Assembly (NCBI GenBank): GCA_051942205.1
Contig: JAVECO010000037.1
Location: 124,001-145,490, forward strand
Source of the DNA: Coniocarpon cinnabarinum
Lineage: Eukaryota
DNA: 21,490 nucleotides
Reading direction: 5' to 3'
A program made the translations under genes and the position numbers. The notes beneath the pieces are model-generated. The model was not told the DNA's origin, made no database searches, and saw only the letters and a program-made list of their open reading frames with translations. This document shows positions 8,123 through 17,800 of the stretch, piece after piece (within the stretch, counting starts at the first letter, position 1; each line of letters begins with the position of its first letter).

Positions 8123-9436
8123 TCAGTCCAAACTTCTGCCTTTCTCCAGGTCAACTTTGTCAGCTAACCTCTTGCGTCGCGCCTCGGGAACATCGCGATG
8201 GCTGCGTCCAGTGATGGCGCTGAGGATGAGACTCAGGCGGAGAGATCCATACTGGTCGGCCTCATGGATGCGCAGGTCCTCAAGACGTCTGGAGACGCTC
8301 TCAAGTCGCTGCAGCTTCATTCTGCGGTTTGTTGCGCGGATGATGGATTCTGCGCTGGGCCGTCCCGAGCCGAACCAAGCGAGCACTGTAGAGAGCGCGG
8401 CGAAATAAATGTAAAGGATGATCGTACCACCCACTTGCCCAAGCGCAGCAAACACAGTCTCGATGAGACGGGCGTATGTCTCGACAACGAACTTGAGCGG
8501 GCCTTTGATCAGCGGCAGCATCCATTTTCGCGCGGTGTATGTGTGCGATGGTGATTGCGAATATGGGCTTTCTGACACGACACACTCGATTGTGTTGTGC
8601 TCTTCGGAGATGCGATTCTCGTCCCAGCGTAGCCGTATCAAAGCATCGACAGTAGGCGGCGTCAGTTCTGAAAGGTTGCTCGGAAAGAGGCTTGGAGGTA
8701 AACTAGTCAGATCAGGGCGAAGCTCGAAGAAATGTGTCAGGTCGTCGAATTGCCGTCGCACTGTGATTGGTAGGCCTGCATATGCTTGCTCGCCTTGCCA
8801 ATGCAATTCAGCGCCGTCACCGAACGGCCACCATGCTGGTGTGATTCCACGAGGTGAGCTGACTCTCGCGTTGATCGTTGTGCGGGTTTCATGGGAGACT
8901 AGAGACGCGATGGAGCTGCGCAGTTCAATAGAGGCGTTATTGACGACCAGAATATTGTTGTAGAGGGTGTAGTCGATTGCGAAGAAATCGTACTCGAAAG
9001 GCCGGATGGGCTTCGATGGGTCGCCCTCTGTCTGAGAATGAGTTGGGAAGTAGGCATGAGTGCTACGAGCTGCGTCAGTGACTTGCGACAGATGCGAGCT
9101 TGCTGGTCTGCGGCGATCCAAGCCACTCACTCGTAAACTCTCGTCAAGGGCTTGCTGGAACGCATCCGAGTCGTAGGAAACCAATAATTGTCTTGGCCTA
9201 GTTTGGGAAAGGGCAAGAATAACCATACGACGGGCAGCAACAAGACCGCGCCGACTAGCAGCGTCAGAATCCGAAAAACAGCTTGTGATCGAGCCATTGT
9301 GATCGTGGATCAAAAGCTCTCTGCACGGGTTGACTGCTCTCGTCGAGGCTTCCAAACCCTCAACCCAGGGTGTTACGCAGGACAGGTGTTGGTATGTTGC
9401 AAACGGTGTGTTTACGTGAGTGCGGGCCTCAGCCAC
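8123..9436 (-). CDS. Hypothetical membrane-anchored protein (true start uncertain)
   Basis: A 437-codon stop-free frame with a C-terminal hydrophobic segment (VGGTIILYIYFAALSTVLAWFG) and a charged tail ending DLEKGRSLD. No family recognised. The tracked start is GTG, so the real 5' end may involve a small upstream exon or a downstream ATG. Confidence 0.55.
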   Translation of the reverse strand: MAEARTHVNTPFATYQHLSCVTPWVEGLEASTRAVNPCRELLIHDHNGSITSCFSDSDAASRRGLVAARRMVILALSQTRPRQLLVSYDSDAFQQALDESLRVSGLDRRRPASSHLSQVTDAARSTHAYFPTHSQTEGDPSKPIRPFEYDFFAIDYTLYNNILVVNNASIELRSSIASLVSHETRTTINARVSSPRGITPAWWPFGDGAELHWQGEQAYAGLPITVRRQFDDLTHFFELRPDLTSLPPSLFPSNLSELTPPTVDALIRLRWDENRISEEHNTIECVVSESPYSQSPSHTYTARKWMLPLIKGPLKFVVETYARLIETVFAALGQVGGTIILYIYFAALSTVLAWFGSGRPSAESIIRATNRRMKLQRLESVSRRLEDLRIHEADQYGSLRLSLILSAITGRSHRDVPEARRKRLADKVDLEKGRSLD

Positions 9437-10636
9437 ATTCGATACGACGAGTCGGTTGTAGCATCATGTTGTGAATCGCCAAACAGATGCATCAGGAATT
9501 TGTACATGAGACAAAGTGATCAAGATGCGACGTGGATGAGTGATTAGAAGCCTGCAACAATGATAAGGTGGAAATGAAACAGCATGGATGGATGGAGAGC
9601 GGCGATCATCTGGTAGGTGCATCATCTACCCCGTCATTGGATGACGCGGCTCTGTTGCATCTCCACATCCACGTCTGCAAATCTATTCACTGTCCGGCCC
9701 CTCAAAAGCGCGTGCTCCTCGACTCCGATGCTACTCTTTCTCCTTCAGAGCGCGTCTCAAGAAACGTCACCTTGCCGTGCGTTGGATGCGTGGATTGGGA
9801 TTTGCATGGCGTTTCCCTATGGAGACAAAGATGCCAAGAAATGACACACCGACCCCCAACATCTTCAGCTCAACATCTGGAGACTAAGGATAGCAAACGT
9901 GTATCATCGTATTCACTGATATGGACAAGCCTTTGCAAACCACGTGTGCTTGAAGCAACGATTGTCGCGCCCTGTGAGCCCGTCAAAGTCAACAGCATGG
10001 TGAAACCAGCGCACAAACAGCAGGCCGGACAGGCCACGTGATTGAATATGACCCTCAGGAGAACAGCGTACCTATTGAACACGACCTTCCACTCATGCAC
10101 ATGCGCAATTGTCTAGCTGTACGTTACACGGAATACGCAATCGAATGCGTCCATATATTATCGTTGCGCAGGCTCCCTAGTGTTTACTGCCTTATCCGTG
10201 GGACATGCTCTCAGTTTTAATAGGGACACAAACAAAACTGCTAAGGACTTACCTAGACGGCCACGTGACACCGCAGCTCCCCCGCAGTAGCCTCCTTTGG
10301 GACTCGACAATGGCTGTATCTACTCAAATAGCCAGGACTATGCGAGCCAAATGCGCTGCACTTAACGAGTGCCCAGCCGAGGGAGACGTACTGTATGTTG
10401 AACAAAGCGAAGCGCCTGTCTCAGGATCAGTCTGAGCCACGCTAGGGAATAATGGGAGCCGCCTTTTCCATTACGTGCGGCATGCATCGCCTCCTGGGTC
10501 GCATTCCTAAATCCAGCAGGCAGACAGGCTTCTAGAAGCCATCATTATTTCCACATTGGCGCGATGTCGTCTGTGAAGGACGTGCGTCCAGGTTCATAAA
10601 CACCAGCTTGCACTCGAGCATCATAACACCAAAACG

Positions 10637-12085
10637 ATGCCTATCCTGTCGCGCCTCTCCGGCACCAAAGAAAACGGACCAACTAAACAAGAGGCTCGCT
10701 TGGGCTACTCCATTGAGCTTGACCGCCGCAGTGCTGCATACGTGGGTCCAGATGATCCCATCACCGGCAAGGTTGCGGTCCGCTGCCTCCACTTGCAGGG
10801 GTTCGCTGGTGAACTCTTCGGCCCGCTTAAAATTATGATTACGTTCTCTGGACGCACGAAGACCAAAGCGGTCCAGAAATGTGGAGACAGCGAGACGACT
10901 CGGAGGGCGCGAGCTGATTTGTTCTCCCTGTGCGAGATGGTTTACGACGGCCCCTTTACAACAGAGGTCTTGCAGACTTATAAGTTTCCCTTTTCCATAA
11001 CCTTTCCCAGGACGCCGATGAGAACTGCAACAACTGAGAAAATTCCTGTACGGTGTCAGCATCCGGAGGGTCAGCAGCTGCCTCCTTCAATGTTGGCCGA
11101 GCAACCGAAAAAAAGGTGTTTCGTCGAATACAAGCTCAGTGCCACGGTCCTGATGATGAACATGCCCAGCGTTGTCGTACTTCGCAATCAGTTTCCGACC
11201 TCCATTTACTATCGTCGAAAACATCTCGGTGCCGAGCCCGTTCTCTCATCCCAAAGGACTGAGACGAATGTGTCCTCTGTCTCGAATGCAATGTTACTTC
11301 CCGAGGAGGGCAGGCCTCAGACGTTCAAGCAGAAAACTAAAGCGTTCTTCAAGAGCGATGCGTATCCGACGTTCCGCTTCGAGACGACGACGACTTGCCC
11401 CACCGCAATCCACGTCGGTACGCCACTGGAGTTCACCATAAACATCAAGCCTTGCGACCTTATCAATACTGAAGGGCACGCGGCAACCATTCGGCCATGC
11501 ATCGAACTCATGAGGCTGGTAGTTGAAATCAAGGCATCAATCGCCATCCGATGCGAGGGCAGCTGGGTGGGCAGCACGCACGGGTGGACTTTGTTAAAGC
11601 CTGAATATACTATCGCCAAAGGCCTGGGAAAAGTTCTGGCCGTATTCGACGATGAGCGCGGATGGAAGCATATAGTCAAGGCCTCCCCTCTTCCTCCTAG
11701 CATGATGCCCGACTTCGACACGTACAACATCAGCGTACGGCACACCATATCCGTGAGATGGGAGCTGCGATGCGCCGGCAAGGAGTTTCACATTGGTGCC
11801 GGGACTTTCAATGCCGTCAAGCGCAATTTGACCATCGAACCCGCCCTGGTGAGTCCTGCGACGGATGAACCGCAGCCGCCACTTTTCGAGAATGCAGTGG
11901 CTGAAGAGCAGACGATGGAGGAGTGCGTAGCCACGGCGAAAGCGATGGAAGGAGACATCTCTGAAAGTGACGACGAGGAGCAATTACCTAGTTATGAAGC
12001 TGCGGCTTCGTCGTCACGGGCGCCATTGCAAGCCACGGCTGGACAGACACAAGGTAACGAGAAGCAGACAGATACCCATGAATAA
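10637..12085 (+). CDS. Arrestin-like (alpha-arrestin N-domain) protein, 482 aa, intronless
   Basis: 'YVGPDDPITGKV', 'ITFSGRTKTK', 'YKFPFSITFP', 'LPPSM', 'VEYKLSATV', 'PDFDTYNISVRHTI', plus a C-terminal LPSYE PY-type motif. These are typical of fungal arrestin-like proteins. Confidence 0.75.
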   Translation: MPILSRLSGTKENGPTKQEARLGYSIELDRRSAAYVGPDDPITGKVAVRCLHLQGFAGELFGPLKIMITFSGRTKTKAVQKCGDSETTRRARADLFSLCEMVYDGPFTTEVLQTYKFPFSITFPRTPMRTATTEKIPVRCQHPEGQQLPPSMLAEQPKKRCFVEYKLSATVLMMNMPSVVVLRNQFPTSIYYRRKHLGAEPVLSSQRTETNVSSVSNAMLLPEEGRPQTFKQKTKAFFKSDAYPTFRFETTTTCPTAIHVGTPLEFTINIKPCDLINTEGHAATIRPCIELMRLVVEIKASIAIRCEGSWVGSTHGWTLLKPEYTIAKGLGKVLAVFDDERGWKHIVKASPLPPSMMPDFDTYNISVRHTISVRWELRCAGKEFHIGAGTFNAVKRNLTIEPALVSPATDEPQPPLFENAVAEEQTMEECVATAKAMEGDISESDDEEQLPSYEAAASSSRAPLQATAGQTQGNEKQTDTHE

Positions 12086-13554
12086 TTGAACGTTTTCCCA
12101 ACAATTCATACGTCGCCTTGCATAAACCCGGCTACATCGTGAGCCGAGGTAGCGGTCCAACTTTTAGGCGCCGATGCCAAGACTGATTGTGGCGCGTGTG
12201 GCAATAAAAAAAGTCTTTATATTATGATAAATTTGTTATCTGGGCATGTACGCACATAGGTGCCTGAATCTAGGCGATCCCAGGGTCTCGCGGTGGACAG
12301 AGTGCTGTTAACGGCAGGTCTTGTCGCCAATTCCTGCGCTACACCTGCGGTGACACATTCGAACTCAGAGCGTTTGCCCATAAATCCTTAAGCGCCGCGC
12401 GAAGTGGTGGGCGCATAACGTGGAGATGGATAAGGCCTATAAGTAGAAGAGATTGTTGTGAGAATTGAGCGGATACTGTCGATTGAGTACTACTACTTGC
12501 CTTGCTACCTGCTAGGTCCAGAGTCTCTGCCTTTATATGCTATCCTGACAATCTGTCCTTTGCTAACTATAGCACCTAGGCCGTGTCGTCCTGGTCTAGA
12601 CCATGCCAACAGCCTGCTAGACACCTGGTAGGCCCCTATTGGGTGGCGACTGAAGGAGTACTTACAACAGAGATGACAGCAACTCACCTTTGCAACATAT
12701 TGAAGAAGTCTGGTGGTTCTTTAAGGATACGTATCTGCTGCGGTTAGATAGCAAACACTAAAGCGAAGTTTTTTAGTTCCAGCTTGAGATGTGTTGTGAA
12801 TACTTCTCCACCGCTTGGGCATTAATGGCGAGGTTGTTGACTCTAGGGCATTGATATAGGAACCTGACTACCGATCAGGAGCCTGATGGAGGCCTGATTG
12901 AGACCTAATAGCAGGAAGATGACCGAGCAGGTCGAATATAAAGGCAGGGTTTCTGTTTGCAGTCAGTAGTAAGGCAAGTAGTAGTATCAAATCGACAGTA
13001 TCCGCCCAGTCCCCCACAACAAGATGAACTAAACTATGAGAACAGGATTGAGTCGGTTGCCACGACCTGGGTGGCTGTCGCAGACGCCTCATATGTCTCA
13101 ATGATCTCAGCATTACGCAGCCTACGGCAGCCAATGCGATGGACCCGGTGAATACCAGCTCGTCTAGCTTCTGCGCGTTAAAAATCACGTGATTACTGAG
13201 CCACGTGATTATGGCCATGAGTACCACGTTGTTTCTCTTGAGTCGAGTCGACCTTTCGTTAAAGCCGAAACCCCAGCCTTCGGCTCTGTACGACCCCTGT
13301 GTGGCCCAAGATCATGCTGAATCAGGACGTCAATAATTATTACAAGAGGCGTAAAAGGCCTTGACGTGAAGAACCTAAGGCTCATCGACCCGCTCCCTTC
13401 GTTTTCTTTAGTCTGTTTGCTGCCTCGTGTTAACATTCAGGACGTACGAGATCGCTGATTGCTCTCTCGTTCAATCTCTTTTGCCTCTTATATCTTCTTC
13501 GTCCTTTATACACTCCTTGCTGCTTTCTAAGACTTTACTGCTGTACACTCTCCT

Positions 13555-13980
13555 ATGACGTCAACAGCTGTACTTGATCAAGACTACTATGACTGGGTTA
13601 AGAAAAACGATGAGAATCAAGACGAACCTATCCGTCTCAAGAAGAGCTCAGCTAGACGTGCAGAGATTTAATAGAAGTTGTGGAAGAGGTACTGTTTGTC
13701 TAGCAGACATTAACAAGGTTGCTAATTTTAGCTACAGATTCTGTATCTTCCGTGCTAAGCATTATCTTAGCGACGAGGCAGTCCTCTTAAGCCTCAACAC
13801 AGCGACCATCTAAAGGATCATGTAAGGATCGCAGCCCATGGGGATTCTATGCGGCACCTATGGACTGGCCTAACTACAAAGGACGTTGCATAGAGAAGAA
13901 GGAAGCTTCTCTGCAACGAGCCTATCTTAAATAAGTTTGTGCCAAGCCCTTAGAGTTGTGTACCCTACACTATCACGTGC
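13555..13980 (+). pseudogene. RIP-damaged remnant of a spliced gene (family uncertain)
   Basis: After a pyrimidine-rich leader, ATG 13555 reads MTSTAVLDQDYYDWVKKNDENQDEPIRLKKSSARRAEI**KLWKR. A 49-nt intron (GT 13689, GCTAAT 13721, CAG 13737) is followed by FCIFRAKHYLSDEAVLLSLNTATI*. The TAA/TAG stops fit CAA/CAG hit by C-to-T. Confidence 0.5.
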
Positions 13981-14560
13981 TCTCTATATTATATAATCTA
14001 TTGTATCTAGGTCTAAATCTTAATATTACTTCTGTTTTTTAATAGTGAGCTTCTATAATTAGCTTTATAAGCATCCTTATTATTTTTTTTAGGCAACTAG
14101 AGGTTAATTTAGGGCCTAGATATAGAGAATAGGTATTATAGTAGTTATTCTTTATATTTTAGGTATTATTAATATTTTTTTAAGGTTTCTATATTAGTTC
14201 TTAATAGCCTACTTATTTAACTAAGTACTATAGCTTATAGTAGTAATACTTTAAATTAAAAATATTTTTTACTTTATATAATAGTAGACTATTTTTTAGG
14301 ATCTTTAAAGAAGATAGTAGCTACTAGTATTACTTTAAGTAGATATTAAAAAAGTAGAGATATAATAAAAAGATATAAAATTAATTATTAATTTTAGTAT
14401 CTAAAAAAAGCCTAAGCTATATAATAAAAAGTATCTTTATTTTTATAATTTTATATAGCCCTATATAGACAAAATTAAGCTTTATAAAAGTCTTTAGCGC
14501 TATAAATAATAAATATTAAGAAAGACTTAATTACTAACTTTTAACTAAGAGGTTAGTAGA
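13980..14560. repeat. AT-rich, heavily RIP-mutated repeat relic of unidentified family
   Basis: Abrupt AT enrichment with excess TpA and scarce CpA/TpG. No recognisable coding motif. Confidence 0.55.
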
Positions 14561-14832
14561 TGTTACGCCTTAGCCCTATGCTAACTAGATAAGGTAAGAG
14601 TATAGGCTAACCTACAACATATAACTAGCTAGGCAGCGGCCCTACTAACATTAATAGCCTTAAGAGGCTACTAATATATAATAGGCTACTAGGCCTTAAA
14701 AACCTTTTAAAATAAGAGCAGCTCTTATAGATATATAAGGCCCTACTTAAGTATATAGCTAGACTAATAGACTATTTAATAAAATAGTAGTCTACTAACT
14801 TATTATATAGTTAAAATTTACTTAATTTTACT
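14561..14832 (+). repeat. Putative 5' LTR (boundaries approximate)
   Basis: Begins TGTTACG at 14561 and has a TATATAAG box near 14732. Block 14752-14805 matches 21399-21452 at 50/54 positions, and all four mismatches are transitions. Confidence 0.6.
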
Positions 14833-17800
14833 AAGTTATAAGCTTTATACTTTACTAAAATCTTTTATTTTTAATCTAATAAGACTTAAAAGTAAGTTTC
14901 TAGCTTTAGAATCTTTAGCTTTTTTTTTAAGTGTATTATAATAAAAAGCTACTAAAGAATTCTTTTTAATTTTATGTAATACTTTAGTAGACTTATAAAA
15001 AAGACTAAGTTTTATTATAATTAAGATATCTACTATATTTAGACTAACTTTACGTTGTTCCTAGGGATAGTTAGTAGAAGATCAACATATTAATTAAACA
15101 ACTATAGTAGTAATATCTATAGCAGGTAATATATTAAACGTTAATATTAAAATAAAAGATACCTTTAATAGAAATTATAAGAAGCTAACTCTATTTCTTT
15201 TAAAGCTTAAGTTTATATTTAAAGTTAATAAAAATAGGTTAGTTAATAAGCCTACTAAGGTAGTATTTGCTATAACCTATCTTAAAGAAGATGCTATAAA
15301 GTAGTTTAAGTTTTATATAGAAGACTACCTCTATAAACTAACTAATTAGCGCCTTAATAAGACTAATAAGCTTTTTAGGAGTTACTTATATTTTAAGTAA
15401 GAACTACTTAAGATATATAGAGACTAAGATAAAAGTTATACTATAGTATATAAGATTAAATACCTTTGTTAGATAGAATTAGTAGTAAAATATACAGCTA
15501 AGTATCTCTAATACTTAATAAGAATAGAATAGAACTAGAAGCTACTTATAGATACCTTTTATAATAGTCTTAAGGACTATATTAAGGAAAAAATTAATAA
15601 TCTTACTAAATTTAATAACCTTAAAGATATAATAGAAAAATGTTAACTTATTAATAGACGCAATTATAAACGATAGTTAGAAAAGAAAGGAACTAAATTT
15701 TTTAGATTCTAAGGATCTTTTAAACTAGACAATTAAGAGGATCCTATAGAACTTAATATAATAACTCTATATAGAAAACTTACTTAATAGAAACAGGAAC
15801 ACTATATAAAGAATAAACTTTGTCTATACTATAGCAAACCTAGGCATTAAGTTAACTAATATAGATAAAAGAAAACTATTAATAGCGTTAATTAATCTAA
15901 AAAAGAGAAGAAATAAAAAAGTCTTAATACTCTTAAAGAACGCCTAAAAACGACAGACTAAGGACTCTATAAAACAATTAAACCTATAGAGCTCTATAGT
16001 CTAACTTAGGATACACTTAATTAGTTAGGACTACCTAAATAAAACTATTAAACCTAGCATAAGTATATTTAGGGACTAACTCTAGAGCAACAAAGTAAAT
16101 TCTAGGACAGATTTATTAATTAGAATAAAGCTAATAGAATATCTTAGGAAGATATTACTAATATATAACAAGGCTAAGACTCTTATAAGTAGAACTTATA
16201 ACTAAGGGTACAAGCACTAGTAAAGGAACGCTTAAGAGTTAATAATAATTAGACTAATTCTAAGTACTTTAAATATTTAGCATTATTCTAGATAGGATGC
16301 TATAATAACGCTTATAAAGTTTATATCTTAGACAAATAAGATACAGGATAGTTCCTATAATATTCTTAGAAGTATACCTTTGTAGCGATTAAACGCGCTA
16401 TAACGCCCTTTTTACCTATATCTTAGACTTAGACAGGTAACTTATTATACGACGAATCTTAGGAACTTAGCCGGCTTAAATCTAAAGCGCTTAACTAAGA
16501 CTTTTAAGTAAATAGTACAGAATCTAAAGCTAGTAGCAATAATAACTCTAGCCTAAAGGATAAGTACTTAGTAGAGTATAAAATTATAAAGTAATATTAG
16601 ACTAGTATACTATAGAGACTTTGTACTATCGCCTTCTATAAGGGTAAGCGATATATAGAGTATAAACTAGATAATCTCTAGAAGTATATTAAGAAATGCC
16701 TATAGAATCTTGTTAATTATATAATTAGCATATTATAGTTAAGACGCAAGTATAATATAAATAGCCTAATAAGCATTAGCCTATTAATATATTAAATTAT
16801 AACTCTAGATAGTTAAGAAATTACTATTATAGAATAAGGAGAAATCTAATGTTAACTTAAGCTAGCTAGAATTTACCTATTAATATCTTTTTTAGGATAA
16901 CTTAGAGAGAAATAGCACCTCCTTAATAATTTAATTCAATTATACGCTTAGTAAACTAAATAAACCCTCTTCTATCCTTAATATATAGACAAGAGAGAGA
17001 GAGGCTAATCTAGGACGTTAGTATAGTAGGATCCTTTAATCCTTCTATATCTACTATTGTTATTTAGTTAAATAGTAGAATTATTCGAGTTCTCCTTAAC
17101 TCTAGCGTATTTAAGAATTTTATATTAATACGATATATTAAATATTATAGATTGCGTATATAAAGAAAATACTATATATACTACTTAGATATAGTAGATA
17201 GTAACCCTATTAATTATAATAATAGACTAGTCGATAGTAAGACTTCCTTAATATAAATAAAAATTTAGAATTATAAGGAAGATATTATATTTAACGTTAC
17301 TAATATAGGACAAAACCTAGTAGTCCTAGGAAGACTATAGATTAAAAAATATAATTCTAATATAAACTAGGCTACTAAAAAGGTCTAGCTTATAAGGTAC
17401 AACTGCTTATAAGAATATACGTTATTCTATAGAATAGATACCCTAAGGGCTTAAATAGAGATAGAGGATAAGAAGCGTAATAAAGAAGTTATAATAGCCT
17501 ACACCGCTAAACTCTAACAATATAATAACTTAGAAGAAGATATTAGTCTAACTTCTAGAGTTGTACCGCGTATAACTTATAAACAGAGTTAGGGCTAATA
17601 ATCTTATATAAGTACTCTAAAGGTAAAGAAGATACTAAAGAAATACAGCTAATTCTATTATTTGTTTAGAGAGAAGGAGCTAGCCTCTACTCTTCTAAAA
17701 TACTAACTATAGGATTATTTAATACCTTTACTACTAGATTAGTAACTAATATTTAGACTAATCTATTTACTATTAGAAAAAGAAAAAGAGGTATAAAAAG

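Noticed and set aside
7733..9547. Plus-strand ORFs 7733-8167, 7980-8408, 8198-8554, 8418-8963 and 9188-9547
   Set aside because: They are largely antisense shadows of the 437-codon minus-strand ORF, with no recognisable motifs.
9568..10435. ORFs 9568-10041, 9617-9844, 10038-10220 and 10205-10435
   Set aside because: No recognisable features. They lie in the divergent intergenic region between two longer genes.
10637..12085. Arrestin-like gene as partner of the cluster's Pth11-like receptor
   Set aside because: Such arrestin-like genes are common in fungal genomes, and this one is separated from the cluster by another gene. Only proximity supports the link.
12868..13436. ORFs 12868-13227, 12957-13151 and 13209-13436 as genes
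   Set aside because: They are short, motif-less and lie in the RIP-affected zone. No supportable product.
13860..13886. MDWPNYKGR resembling the MVAWPDYRKR core (a second precursor?)
   Set aside because: It is a single copy with no acidic leader, no signal peptide and no KR site, inside a decayed frame. Most likely chance.
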